Shown: positions 57,005 to 64,000 of the stretch, one piece after another | Layout: each line of letters starts with the position of its first letter | How positions within the stretch are numbered: position 1 is the first letter of the stretch | Assembly (NCBI GenBank): GCA_041497115.1 | Contig: JBGQFW010000006.1 | Coordinates: forward strand, 5,698 to 69,697 | Direction: 5' to 3' | Origin: Candidatus Methylomirabilia bacterium | GTDB taxonomy: Bacteria > Methylomirabilota > Methylomirabilia > Rokubacteriales > CSP1-6 | Length of the DNA: 64,000 nt | Position numbers and translations under genes: made by a program | Notes under the pieces: model-generated | The model's input: only the letters and a program-made list of their open reading frames with translations | What the model was told of the DNA's origin: nothing | The model's database searches: none

Positions 57005-58683
57005 GACCGCGGCCTCACCTGCCAGAGCGTCTGGAGCCGTTCACCGAAGAGGTAGATCGGCTCCTGGGCCTCCTCCCAGTAGGTCAGCACCGGGACCAGA
57101 TCGTAGCGCTGCCGCAGCCCGGCCGCGAACGCCTCGAAGTCGCGCGTCGTGAACCGCTCGCCCGGCCGGCGCACGAGGGCGTGGTTGATGCCGAACAGCG
57201 TGTAGGGGCCGGGCACGAGGTTGTAGACGAACACCCGCCGGCCGAGCACGAGCTGGGTCGCGATGGTCTCGCGCACGACGCCGAAGCCGTCCTCCTTCGA
57301 CTTCTCGCGGAACACGTCCTTGACGTTAACGTGATGCTCGTCGTTGCGCGCCAGCACCGCGTCCAGCCCGGACTCGGCGGAGACGAAGAAGTCGTCGGCC
57401 CGGAACTCGCTGCGCGCGCGCGCGGCCAGCGCCTGCTGCTGGCGCCCGTAGCGATAGTAGGGCAGCATCGCGCCCCAGGCGTTGCCGGCAACGACCACCA
57501 CCAGCAGCGCGGCGACGAGGCCGACCTGGCGCCGGCACGCGCGTGGCCCGACGTCGGGCGCGAGCCGGGTCACGATCGGTCCGAGCAGCAGGAGGACCAG
57601 CAGCGGGGGCAGAGTCAGCAGGTGGTACTTGGCGGCGCCAGGCCAGAACCACGAGTTGAGGACGACCTTGCCGGCGAGCCACCACGCTCCGCACAGCACC
57701 AGCGCCAGCAGGCCGTGCTCGAGGACACGCCGACGCGCCCACCAGGCCTCCGCCGCGAGCGCGAGCAGCAGGCCACAGCCGACCACGCCGAGGCTCACGA
57801 GCGCGACCACCGTGCCGTGCGCGAAGAGCGCCGGCTCGCGCAGCGCGTCGCTCAGCACCTGCACGCCGAAGAGCAGCGCGCTGAGCTGGCCCTTGAGCAG
57901 CTTGAGCGGCGTGACGAGCACCCCCGTCGTCTCGTACACTTCGTGCGGTCGCCAGACTTGGCGCACGTTGATGATGTACCACGCGCCGAGCTCGTCCAGA
58001 CCCCGCGCGCCCTTCAGCGCCACGCCGACCAGGATCGACAGCGCGACGGTAGTCGCGACGCCGACGCCGACGTAGACGAGCGCGGCGCGCAGGGCGCGGC
58101 GCGGCGGCTGGCCGACGAAGCCGGCCGCCACCGCGCCGGCGCCGAACAAGACGGCGCTTCGCAGCAGCAGACCCTCCGCAGCGTTGAAGAACGCGAGGAC
58201 GCCGGCGAAGCGCCAGTCGTAGGGCCGTCCGCTCGTCCGCCGGCGCACGAACAGGTAGAACAGCCACAGCACGGCGCCGAGCGCCAGGTGGTGGGTGTCG
58301 GCGTTCACGTAGAACCAGGAGGCGAACGAGGTGGCCAGCAGCAGCGCGCCCAGCACGCCCAGCACGGGACCCGCGCCGAGCAGCACGAGCGTCTGGCCGA
58401 AGGCGGCGATGCCGCTGGCGGCCGCCAGCGCGTTCGCCGTCTGCACGACCGCGAGCGGCGTGAAGGGTCCGCCGGGGCCGGCCAGCGCGCGGATGAGCCA
58501 GTAAAAGATCGCGGCGGTGAGCGGCCAGTCGGCGATGAAGACGTCCGGCCGGTCGCCGCGGGCGAACTCGGGCAGGAGCCACTGCCCGTTGCCAGTGGGG
58601 ATCGCGGCGAACGTCAGCTCGTAAAGCAGGAACACGCCGGCGAAGACGGCCAGCCCCACCCGCCAGTCGGTGCGGGGCGGCAT
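57001..58683 (-). CDS. large polytopic membrane protein with a C-terminal soluble domain (unassigned; GT-C-like candidate)
   Basis: 560 aa, with more than 10 TM helices and a ~170-aa tail (FRADDFFVSAESGLD...). It lies immediately downstream of a short GT2. Confidence 0.6.
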   Translation of the reverse strand: MPPRTDWRVGLAVFAGVFLLYELTFAAIPTGNGQWLLPEFARGDRPDVFIADWPLTAAIFYWLIRALAGPGGPFTPLAVVQTANALAAASGIAAFGQTLVLLGAGPVLGVLGALLLATSFASWFYVNADTHHLALGAVLWLFYLFVRRRTSGRPYDWRFAGVLAFFNAAEGLLLRSAVLFGAGAVAAGFVGQPPRRALRAALVYVGVGVATTVALSILVGVALKGARGLDELGAWYIINVRQVWRPHEVYETTGVLVTPLKLLKGQLSALLFGVQVLSDALREPALFAHGTVVALVSLGVVGCGLLLALAAEAWWARRRVLEHGLLALVLCGAWWLAGKVVLNSWFWPGAAKYHLLTLPPLLVLLLLGPIVTRLAPDVGPRACRRQVGLVAALLVVVVAGNAWGAMLPYYRYGRQQQALAARARSEFRADDFFVSAESGLDAVLARNDEHHVNVKDVFREKSKEDGFGVVRETIATQLVLGRRVFVYNLVPGPYTLFGINHALVRRPGERFTTRDFEAFAAGLRQRYDLVPVLTYWEEAQEPIYLFGERLQTLWQVRPRS

Positions 58684-58684
58684 G

Positions 58685-59362
58685 CTACCGGAGCGCCTCG
58701 CGCGCCATCACGCGGAGGATCCGCAGGCCGTCGAGGAGCGCGTTGACCTTGGAGCGGCCGGCGGTGCGCTTGCGCTCGGCGGAGGGGATCTCGGCGAAGC
58801 GGAATCCTGCCCGGCGCGCGCGGATGAGGAACTCCACGATGTACTCGAAGCCGGTGGAGGAGGGGGTGATCGTCTCGAAGACCCGGCGGCGCATCGCCGC
58901 GTAGAAGAAGAGCACGTCGGAGCTCGGCACCCCGAACAGCCACCGGATCAGGAAGGTGAAGCCGGCGTTGCCCACCCGCCGCACGAGCGTGTCGTCCTCG
59001 CTGCCCGAGGCGGGCAGATAGCGTGACCCCAGCGCGACGTCGGCCCCCGCGGCGACCGCCGCCAGCAGGTGCGGGATGTCGTCGAGGGTGTAGGAGCCGT
59101 CGGCGTCCGCCAGCACCGCGACGTCGCCGCGGGCGTGGCGGAAGCCGGCCGCGATGGCGTCGCCGTAGCCCCGCCCGGGCTGCTCGACGACCCGGTACCC
59201 CAGCCGGCGCACGAGGTCGGGGGTGCCGTCGGTCGAGTGGCCGTCCACCACCAGCACCTCGTCGATCACGCCGGCGGGAATCTCCTTCAGCACGCCGCCG
59301 ATGGCGTCGACCTCGTCGAGCGTGGGGATGATGAGCGTGACCGTCATCCGGGGCGCGCTCAC
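58685..59362 (-). CDS. short GT2 glycosyltransferase (Dpm1/polyprenyl-phosphate glycosyltransferase-like)
   Basis: GTG at 59362 (GTGA overlap) or ATG at 59347. It carries LIIPTLDE, EVLVVDGHSTDGT and DADGSY. Confidence 0.85.
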   Translation of the reverse strand: MSAPRMTVTLIIPTLDEVDAIGGVLKEIPAGVIDEVLVVDGHSTDGTPDLVRRLGYRVVEQPGRGYGDAIAAGFRHARGDVAVLADADGSYTLDDIPHLLAAVAAGADVALGSRYLPASGSEDDTLVRRVGNAGFTFLIRWLFGVPSSDVLFFYAAMRRRVFETITPSSTGFEYIVEFLIRARRAGFRFAEIPSAERKRTAGRSKVNALLDGLRILRVMAREALR

Positions 59363-59907
59363 CGGTCCGCCTCCACGTTGAGGCTGACGAGCCGGCCGTG
59401 CTCCCGGTCGAGGTGGGGGATGTAGGCCTGGGCGAAGTCGTCGTGGTCGCGATGGATCGTCTGGCGCCAGTCCCAGCGGCGCACGCGGGTGAAGCCGGCC
59501 GCCTCCAGCGTCGCCCGCAGGCTGTCCTCGTCGTAGACCGTCCGGTGGTACACGATGCGCGGCCCGTCGGGCGTCGCCACCTCGATGCGCCCGTACAGCG
59601 GCCCGTGGATCAGTCCCAGGTCGCCGGAGGCGCGGTAGACCTCGACGAGGGCGGCGAAGTCCGGCACCGCCAGCCGCAGCGTCCCGCCCGGCCGGAGCAC
59701 GCGGCGCCACTCGGCGAGGACGTCACGCACCTCGACCCGGTCGAAGTACTCCAGCACGTGGCAGGCGTAGACGAGGTCGGCCGCGCCGTCGCCGAACATC
59801 GGCAGCGTGCGGACGTCGTGGCGGTGGTCGATGTGCGGGAAGTCGGCGAGGTCGACGTGCACGAATCCCGGGAGACGGCGCTTGCCGCACCCCAGGTGCA
59901 GGTTCAC
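59359..59907 (-). CDS. class I SAM-dependent methyltransferase (Methyltransf_11-like)
   Basis: GTG at 59907 overlaps the upstream stop (GTGA). 182 aa, with NLHLGCG, ACHVLEYF and RRVLRPGGTLRLAVP. Confidence 0.75.
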   Translation of the reverse strand: MNLHLGCGKRRLPGFVHVDLADFPHIDHRHDVRTLPMFGDGAADLVYACHVLEYFDRVEVRDVLAEWRRVLRPGGTLRLAVPDFAALVEVYRASGDLGLIHGPLYGRIEVATPDGPRIVYHRTVYDEDSLRATLEAAGFTRVRRWDWRQTIHRDHDDFAQAYIPHLDREHGRLVSLNVEADR

Positions 59908-60995
59908 GCCCGGCTCGTGCGATAGAACGTCCGGATCTCGTCGCCGATGCGGGCGATGGTCTCGTCGTCGAGGAACGACGACGACGGCAGCCAGAGTCCC
60001 CGGCGTGAGATCGACTCGGCCACCGGATAGCGGGCGGCCAGCCGGTAGGGCGCCTGGGTGTGGACGGGCGGATAGAACGGACGCGAGCCGATCCCCCGCC
60101 CGCGCAGATGCTCGCGCAGCGCGGCGGGGTCGGGGACGAGCACGTCGATGAACCACGGCGAGGTCGCCTCGAGATCCGTCGGCAGGAACTCGACCTCGGG
60201 GACGTCGGCCAGCGCGGCCCGGTAGCGCGCGAACATCGCCTTCTTGCGCTCCACGCGCCAGGCCAGCTTGGTCATCTGGGCGAGGCCGACCACCGCCTGG
60301 AGGTCAGTGAACTTGAAGTTGAAGCCGAGCGCCACGTGGTCGTCGACGCCGTCCCGCGAGCGGCCGAAGTCGCGCACCTTGCGGATCCGGTCGATCAGCG
60401 CGTCGTCGTCGGTCACCAGCGCCCCGCCCTGGCCCGTGGTGATGACCTTCGGCGCGCTGAAGGAGAAGCTGCCGATCTCCCCGAAGGTGCCGAGGTGGCG
60501 GCCGCGCCAGCGCGAGCCGAGCGACTGCGCGGCGTCCTCCACCAGGGCGAGGCCGCGCCGGCGCGCCAGCGCCACCGCGCGCTCCATGTCCGGCGCGCGG
60601 CCGTTGATGCTCACCACCATGATCGCCTTCGTGCGCGGGGTGATGGCCCGCTCGGCCAGGTCGAGATCGAGGCAGGCGGTGGCGGGCTCGACGTCCACAA
60701 GGACCGGCCGGGCGCCCGCCAGCAGCACGGTGTTGGCGGAGGCGATCATCGTGTAGTCGGGCACGAGCACCTCGTCCCCCGCCCCCACGCCGAGGGCGGC
60801 GAGGGCGACGTAGAGGCTCACCGTGCCGTTGCTCACCACCGAGGCGTGGCGGCTGCCGACGTACGCCGCGATGACGCGCTCGAACTCGCGCGTCTGCTTG
60901 AACTCGGTCAGCCAGCCGCCGGAGTCGAGGTACTCGAGGACGGCCTTCTTCTCCTCCTCGCCGATCCACGGCTCCATCTGGTTGATGAAACTCAT
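59904..60995 (-). CDS. DegT/DnrJ/EryC1-family sugar aminotransferase
   Basis: ATG at 60995 overlaps the upstream stop (ATGA). 363 aa, with SNGTVSL, GDEVLVPDYT and SFSFSAPKVITTGQGG (Lys present). Confidence 0.85.
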   Translation of the reverse strand: MSFINQMEPWIGEEEKKAVLEYLDSGGWLTEFKQTREFERVIAAYVGSRHASVVSNGTVSLYVALAALGVGAGDEVLVPDYTMIASANTVLLAGARPVLVDVEPATACLDLDLAERAITPRTKAIMVVSINGRAPDMERAVALARRRGLALVEDAAQSLGSRWRGRHLGTFGEIGSFSFSAPKVITTGQGGALVTDDDALIDRIRKVRDFGRSRDGVDDHVALGFNFKFTDLQAVVGLAQMTKLAWRVERKKAMFARYRAALADVPEVEFLPTDLEATSPWFIDVLVPDPAALREHLRGRGIGSRPFYPPVHTQAPYRLAARYPVAESISRRGLWLPSSSFLDDETIARIGDEIRTFYRTSRA

Positions 60996-61921
60996 CGCCG
61001 GGCCCGGTACCACTCCACCGTGCGGCGGAGCCCGTCCTCGAGGCTCACCCGCGGGGTGAAGCCGAGGACCCGGTCGGCCCGCGCGCGGCTGGCGCCCCGG
61101 CGCGGATCGCCGCCGCCCTTGTCGGCGTCGAAGTGGATCGCGCCCTTGAACCCGGTGAGGCGGGCGATGAGCCGCACGAGGTCGCCGATGCTGATCTCGT
61201 GGCCGGAGGCGAGGTTGACGTACTGCCCGCCGGGGAGGCGCTCGCCCGCGGCGGCCAGCCCGGCCGCCACGTCCTCGACGTACAGGAAATCGCGCGTCGG
61301 CGTCCCGTCGCCCCACACCACCAGCTCGGGCGGCTGGTCGCAGCACTTGATGATGGTCGCGGGGATCACGTGCGACTTCTCGGCCTCGAAGTGGTCGCGG
61401 GGGCCGTAGGAGTTGGCCGAGAGCACGACCACCGCATCCAGCCCGAACTCGCGGTGGTACATCTCGGCCATGACGACGAGGTCGCGCTTGGAGAGGCCGA
61501 TGCCGAGGTGCGTCGCGGCGATCGGCCCCTCGTGCAGCTGCTCCTCGCGCAGCGGCGAGGGCGCCGCCGCCGGGTACGCGAGCAGGTTGCCGAGCGCGAC
61601 GAGCTTACGCACCCCCGCCTGCCGCGCCGCCTCGAGGACGTGCAGGTTGATGAGCGCGCAGCTGTAGTACTGCGAGGCCGGATAGGCGCGGCTGAAGGCG
61701 ATGCCCCCGGTGGTGGCGGCCAGGTGGAACACCACGTCGCACCCCTCGACCGCCCTCCGGGCGTTGTCGAAGACGCGGAGGTCGCAGTCGCGGCTGCGGG
61801 GGACCACGACGTCGGCCGGGCGCACGCCGCGGTCACGCGCGAGGTGCTCCACGAGGAAGGAGCCGATGAAGCCCGCGCCGCCGGTCACCAGGATCTTCCG
61901 GCCGGCGTAGAAATCGGTCAC
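60992..61921 (-). CDS. Fcl-family SDR paralog lacking the canonical catalytic Ser/Cys/Tyr
   Basis: 309 aa with a GTG start. TGGAGFIG is retained. A gap-free by-eye alignment to 27557..28507 gives GSVCAYP to GNLLAYP and PYGLAKK to GIGLSKR. Confidence 0.8.
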   Translation of the reverse strand: MTDFYAGRKILVTGGAGFIGSFLVEHLARDRGVRPADVVVPRSRDCDLRVFDNARRAVEGCDVVFHLAATTGGIAFSRAYPASQYYSCALINLHVLEAARQAGVRKLVALGNLLAYPAAAPSPLREEQLHEGPIAATHLGIGLSKRDLVVMAEMYHREFGLDAVVVLSANSYGPRDHFEAEKSHVIPATIIKCCDQPPELVVWGDGTPTRDFLYVEDVAAGLAAAGERLPGGQYVNLASGHEISIGDLVRLIARLTGFKGAIHFDADKGGGDPRRGASRARADRVLGFTPRVSLEDGLRRTVEWYRARR

Positions 61922-61934
61922 GCCGGCGCCCGCC

Positions 61935-63035
61935 CTACCAGTCGACGCGGCCGACCCACTTGTCCTGGTTCTCCACGTACCACTTGATCGTCTCGCGCAG
62001 GCCGTCCTCCCACGAGTACTCCGGCACCCAGCCGGTGAGCGTGGTGAGCTTGGCGTGGTCCACGCGCAGCTCCTCCACCTCGCTCCGGCCCAGGCGCGCG
62101 CGGCCTTCGGTGTCGGCGCGCAGCTCCTTGTCGCCCCAGTAGCCGTGCTCCTGCCCGATACGGAGAATCATCCGGTACCAGTCGAGGATGGAGATCGCCC
62201 GGCCGGAGCCGTACACGTACGTCTCGCCGGGCGTGCCGAACAGCGTGGCGAAGATGTGGCCGCGCACGCCGTCCCGCACGAAGCAGAAGTCGCGCTTGGA
62301 CAGCACGTAGCCGAGCTGGATCACGTCGTGCGTCAGCGCCTGCGTGATGATCGTCCCGGTGATGAAGCGCGGGCTCTGGCGGGGGCCGTAGTTGTTGAAC
62401 ATCCGCGTCACCACCGCCGGGACCGAGTACGCCGCGCAGTAGTTGCGGGTCAGGAAGTCGGCGGCGAGCTTGGCCGTCGCGTACACGCTCTGGGGATTGA
62501 CCGGCGAGCGCTCGTCGAGGATCAGCCCGCCGGAGTCGTCGAAGCGGTAGTGCTCGCGGACGTCGGCCCGGACGTTGCCGTACTCCTCGGAGGAGCCGGC
62601 GGTGTCGAACCGGAGCAGGTCGAGCTCGAGGTCCACGATGGACTGGAGCAGGTTGACCGTGCCCAGCACGTTGACGTTCAGCGTCTCGTAGGGGCGCGCC
62701 CAGCACTCGCCCACGTGGGCCTGGGCGCCGAGGTGGAAGATCACCGGCCGGTCGCCGAAGCCCTTGAGGATGCGCAGCGTCTGCAGCATCGCCTGCTTGT
62801 CGGTGAGGTCGCCGCGGTGGATCGTCACCCGGCGCTGCAGGGAGCCGATGTTGTGCAGCATGCCCGACGAGGTGGCCCGCACGAGGACGTGGACGTTGGC
62901 CCCGTACCCCACCAGCGTCTCGGTGAGGTGCGACCCGACGAATCCGTCCGCGCCGGTGACGAGCACCGTGCGGCCGGTCAGAAGCTCACGGATCCGGCTT
63001 TCCATCGCGGCTGGCGGGGTCGAGGCGACCGGCAC
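61935..63035 (-). CDS. NDP-sugar 4,6-dehydratase (RmlB/Gmd-type extended SDR)
   Basis: 356-366 aa (GTG at 63035 or ATG at 63005), with VTGADGFVGSH, GSSEEYG, YATAKLA (YxxxK) and MFNNYGPRQ. Confidence 0.85.
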   Translation of the reverse strand: MPVASTPPAAMESRIRELLTGRTVLVTGADGFVGSHLTETLVGYGANVHVLVRATSSGMLHNIGSLQRRVTIHRGDLTDKQAMLQTLRILKGFGDRPVIFHLGAQAHVGECWARPYETLNVNVLGTVNLLQSIVDLELDLLRFDTAGSSEEYGNVRADVREHYRFDDSGGLILDERSPVNPQSVYATAKLAADFLTRNYCAAYSVPAVVTRMFNNYGPRQSPRFITGTIITQALTHDVIQLGYVLSKRDFCFVRDGVRGHIFATLFGTPGETYVYGSGRAISILDWYRMILRIGQEHGYWGDKELRADTEGRARLGRSEVEELRVDHAKLTTLTGWVPEYSWEDGLRETIKWYVENQDKWVGRVDW

Positions 63036-63068
63036 AGGCGACGGCGGAGGGACGCCGCCGCCGATTCG

Positions 63069-63497
63069 CTACTCTCCGATGATCTGGACGGTGATCTCGC
63101 GCTTTCGGGGGCCGTCCAGCTCGGCGAAGATCACCGACTGGAAGCGGCCGAGCGAGAGCTCGCCGTTCACGATCCCGACGGCGATGTTGCGTCCCAGCAG
63201 CGCCGCCCGCAGATGGGCGTGGGCGTTGCCCCGCTCGCAGTCCGAGAAGCGGGGATCGTCGTGGCGATAGCCGCCGCGCTCGGGCACGAGCCGCTCGATG
63301 AGGCCCTTGAGGTCGTCGATCAGCGCGCTCTGGAACTCGTTGATGAAGAGGGCGCAGGTCGTGTGCAGCGTGTTGATGAGGGCCATGCCGTTCGCCACCG
63401 GGAACTGCTGGACCGCCTCACGGACGAGCTTGGTGATGTCCGAAACCTCGGTACGCTCCTCCGTGGGAAGCGTGAACGACGCGCTGAAGACCTTCAT
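63069..63497 (-). CDS. yjbQ: YjbQ/UPF0047-family protein (secondary thiamine-phosphate synthase-like)
   Basis: 142 aa from ATG at 63497, with HTTCALFINE, DDL, NAHAHL and GELSLGRFQSVIFAELDGPRKR. The longer tracked N-terminus was judged spurious. Confidence 0.85.
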   Translation of the reverse strand: MKVFSASFTLPTEERTEVSDITKLVREAVQQFPVANGMALINTLHTTCALFINEFQSALIDDLKGLIERLVPERGGYRHDDPRFSDCERGNAHAHLRAALLGRNIAVGIVNGELSLGRFQSVIFAELDGPRKREITVQIIGE

Positions 63498-63572
63498 GTC
63501 CGTGCATTCTCCGGGGCGCCAATGAGATTCGCCAGCGCGAGAGCCGGCGTGCCAGCGCCGAGGCCAGCCGAT

Positions 63573-63602
63573 ACGATAAATGCAGGGTCGCACAATTGTC
63601 AA
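63573..63602 (-). promoter_or_regulatory. Putative sigma70-type promoter upstream of yjbQ and the glycan gene array
   Basis: This is the only AT-rich patch in the region. On the minus strand: TTGACA (63602-63597), an 18-nt spacer, then TATCGT (63578-63573). Confidence 0.35.
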
Positions 63603-63642
63603 ATAAGGATATGGGGATGCGCGGGAGCGGGCCGGCCCCGGC

Positions 63643-64000
63643 TCAGGCCATTTTGGGGTCCAGGAGGTCGCGCAGGCCGTCGCCCAGGAGGTTCAGCCCG
63701 AGCACGGTGAGCGCGATCGCGCCGCCCGGAAACACCGCGAACCAGGGGTTCAGGGAGAGGAAATTCTGGGCCTCCCGCAGCATCAGCCCCCAGGACGGGT
63801 ACGGCGGCTGCGTGCCGAGCCCCAGATAGGCCAGCGCCGCCTCGGCCAGAATGGCCACCGGAAAGCTCGTGGTGGCCTGCACGACGAGGGGCGGCAGCGC
63901 GTTGGGCAGGATGTGGCGCAGGACGAGCCGGGCGTCGCCGCCGCCCAGCGCGCGCGCCGCCACCACGAACTCGCGCTCGCGCAGCTCGAGGACCGCGCCC
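63643..64000 (-). CDS. peptide/nickel ABC transporter permease (DppC/OppC-type), C-terminal part; 5' end outside window
   Basis: The frame is open to the window edge. It carries REREFVVAARALGGGD..LRHILPNALPPLVV and the C-terminal GDGLRDLLDP motif. Confidence 0.85.
   Translation of the reverse strand, partial: GAVLELREREFVVAARALGGGDARLVLRHILPNALPPLVVQATTSFPVAILAEAALAYLGLGTQPPYPSWGLMLREAQNFLSLNPWFAVFPGGAIALTVLGLNLLGDGLRDLLDPKMA

Noticed and set aside
17205-63035. The glycan locus as a horizontally acquired genomic island.
   Set aside because: No flanking tRNA, integrase, transposase or direct repeats were seen. Base composition looks the same as the housekeeping region by eye (not computed). 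Only the E3 hairpin marks one border.
17211-63710. Dozens of long plus-strand ORFs opposite the glycan array (for example 28573..31368 at 931 aa, 18558..20705 at 715 aa, 20708..22801 at 697 aa, 62055..63710 at 551 aa).
   Set aside because: Their translations are low-complexity R/A/G/P/D/E-rich strings with no recognisable motifs. They lie antisense to ORFs with clear enzyme signatures. Stop-codon scarcity in very GC-rich DNA explains their length.

Overview
High-GC bacterial chromosomal window. G+C looks above 70% by eye but was not computed. As a result, all six frames carry long spurious ORFs, and real genes were chosen by recognisable protein motifs and start/stop geometry.

Positions 1-16.9 kb are mostly plus-strand housekeeping genes: lysC, a Zn-ADH, a DksA/TraR finger protein, comEA-comEC, dapL, mltG, a plsC-like gene, argH, an FN3 lipoprotein, dapA-dapB, an FAH remnant, folB-folK, and an ECF sigma factor with a partner membrane protein. 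This block is interrupted by an isolated, divergent minus-strand rpoA. The rpoA gene is bordered by nested palindromic repeat elements, and a third related hairpin lies at 16.95-17.1 kb.

Positions 17.2-63.0 kb form one uninterrupted minus-strand array of 44 genes (~45.8 kb). The largest intergenic gap is 65 nt, and about 21 junctions are 4-nt ATGA/GTGA start/stop overlaps. The array encodes an unusually elaborate glycan pathway:
- A pseudaminic-acid-type nonulosonic acid core (PseB, PseC, GNAT, PseG, NeuB/PseI, SpsF-like cytidylyltransferase) with non-canonical extras: a HemL-like aminotransferase, a Gfo/Idh/MocA oxidoreductase, a DUF4910 protein and an unassigned 418-aa protein.
- An ACP + KASIII + AAC(3)-family acyltransferase + 204-aa unknown module, sitting next to a B12-radical SAM enzyme with a CX6CX2C motif.
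- A second, canonical B12-radical SAM enzyme.
- A ColD-like 3-dehydratase with a ColC/Fcl-like reductase.
- Two parallel modules of sugar-nucleotide enzymes, a short GT2 and a large polytopic membrane protein.
- A dedicated PAPS synthase plus a sulfotransferase.
- Five class-I methyltransferases, five GT4 and three GT2 glycosyltransferases.
- A WcaJ-type initiating transferase, a Wzy_C/O-antigen-ligase-family protein, an MsbA/PglK-like ABC protein and an embedded EPS-type MarR regulator.

No rRNA, tRNA, CRISPR array, transposase or integrase was recognised. The window ends with yjbQ and a partial peptide ABC permease. The most interesting candidate for new biology is the acyl-carrier/radical-SAM/sulfation decoration machinery built around the nonulosonic acid pathway.
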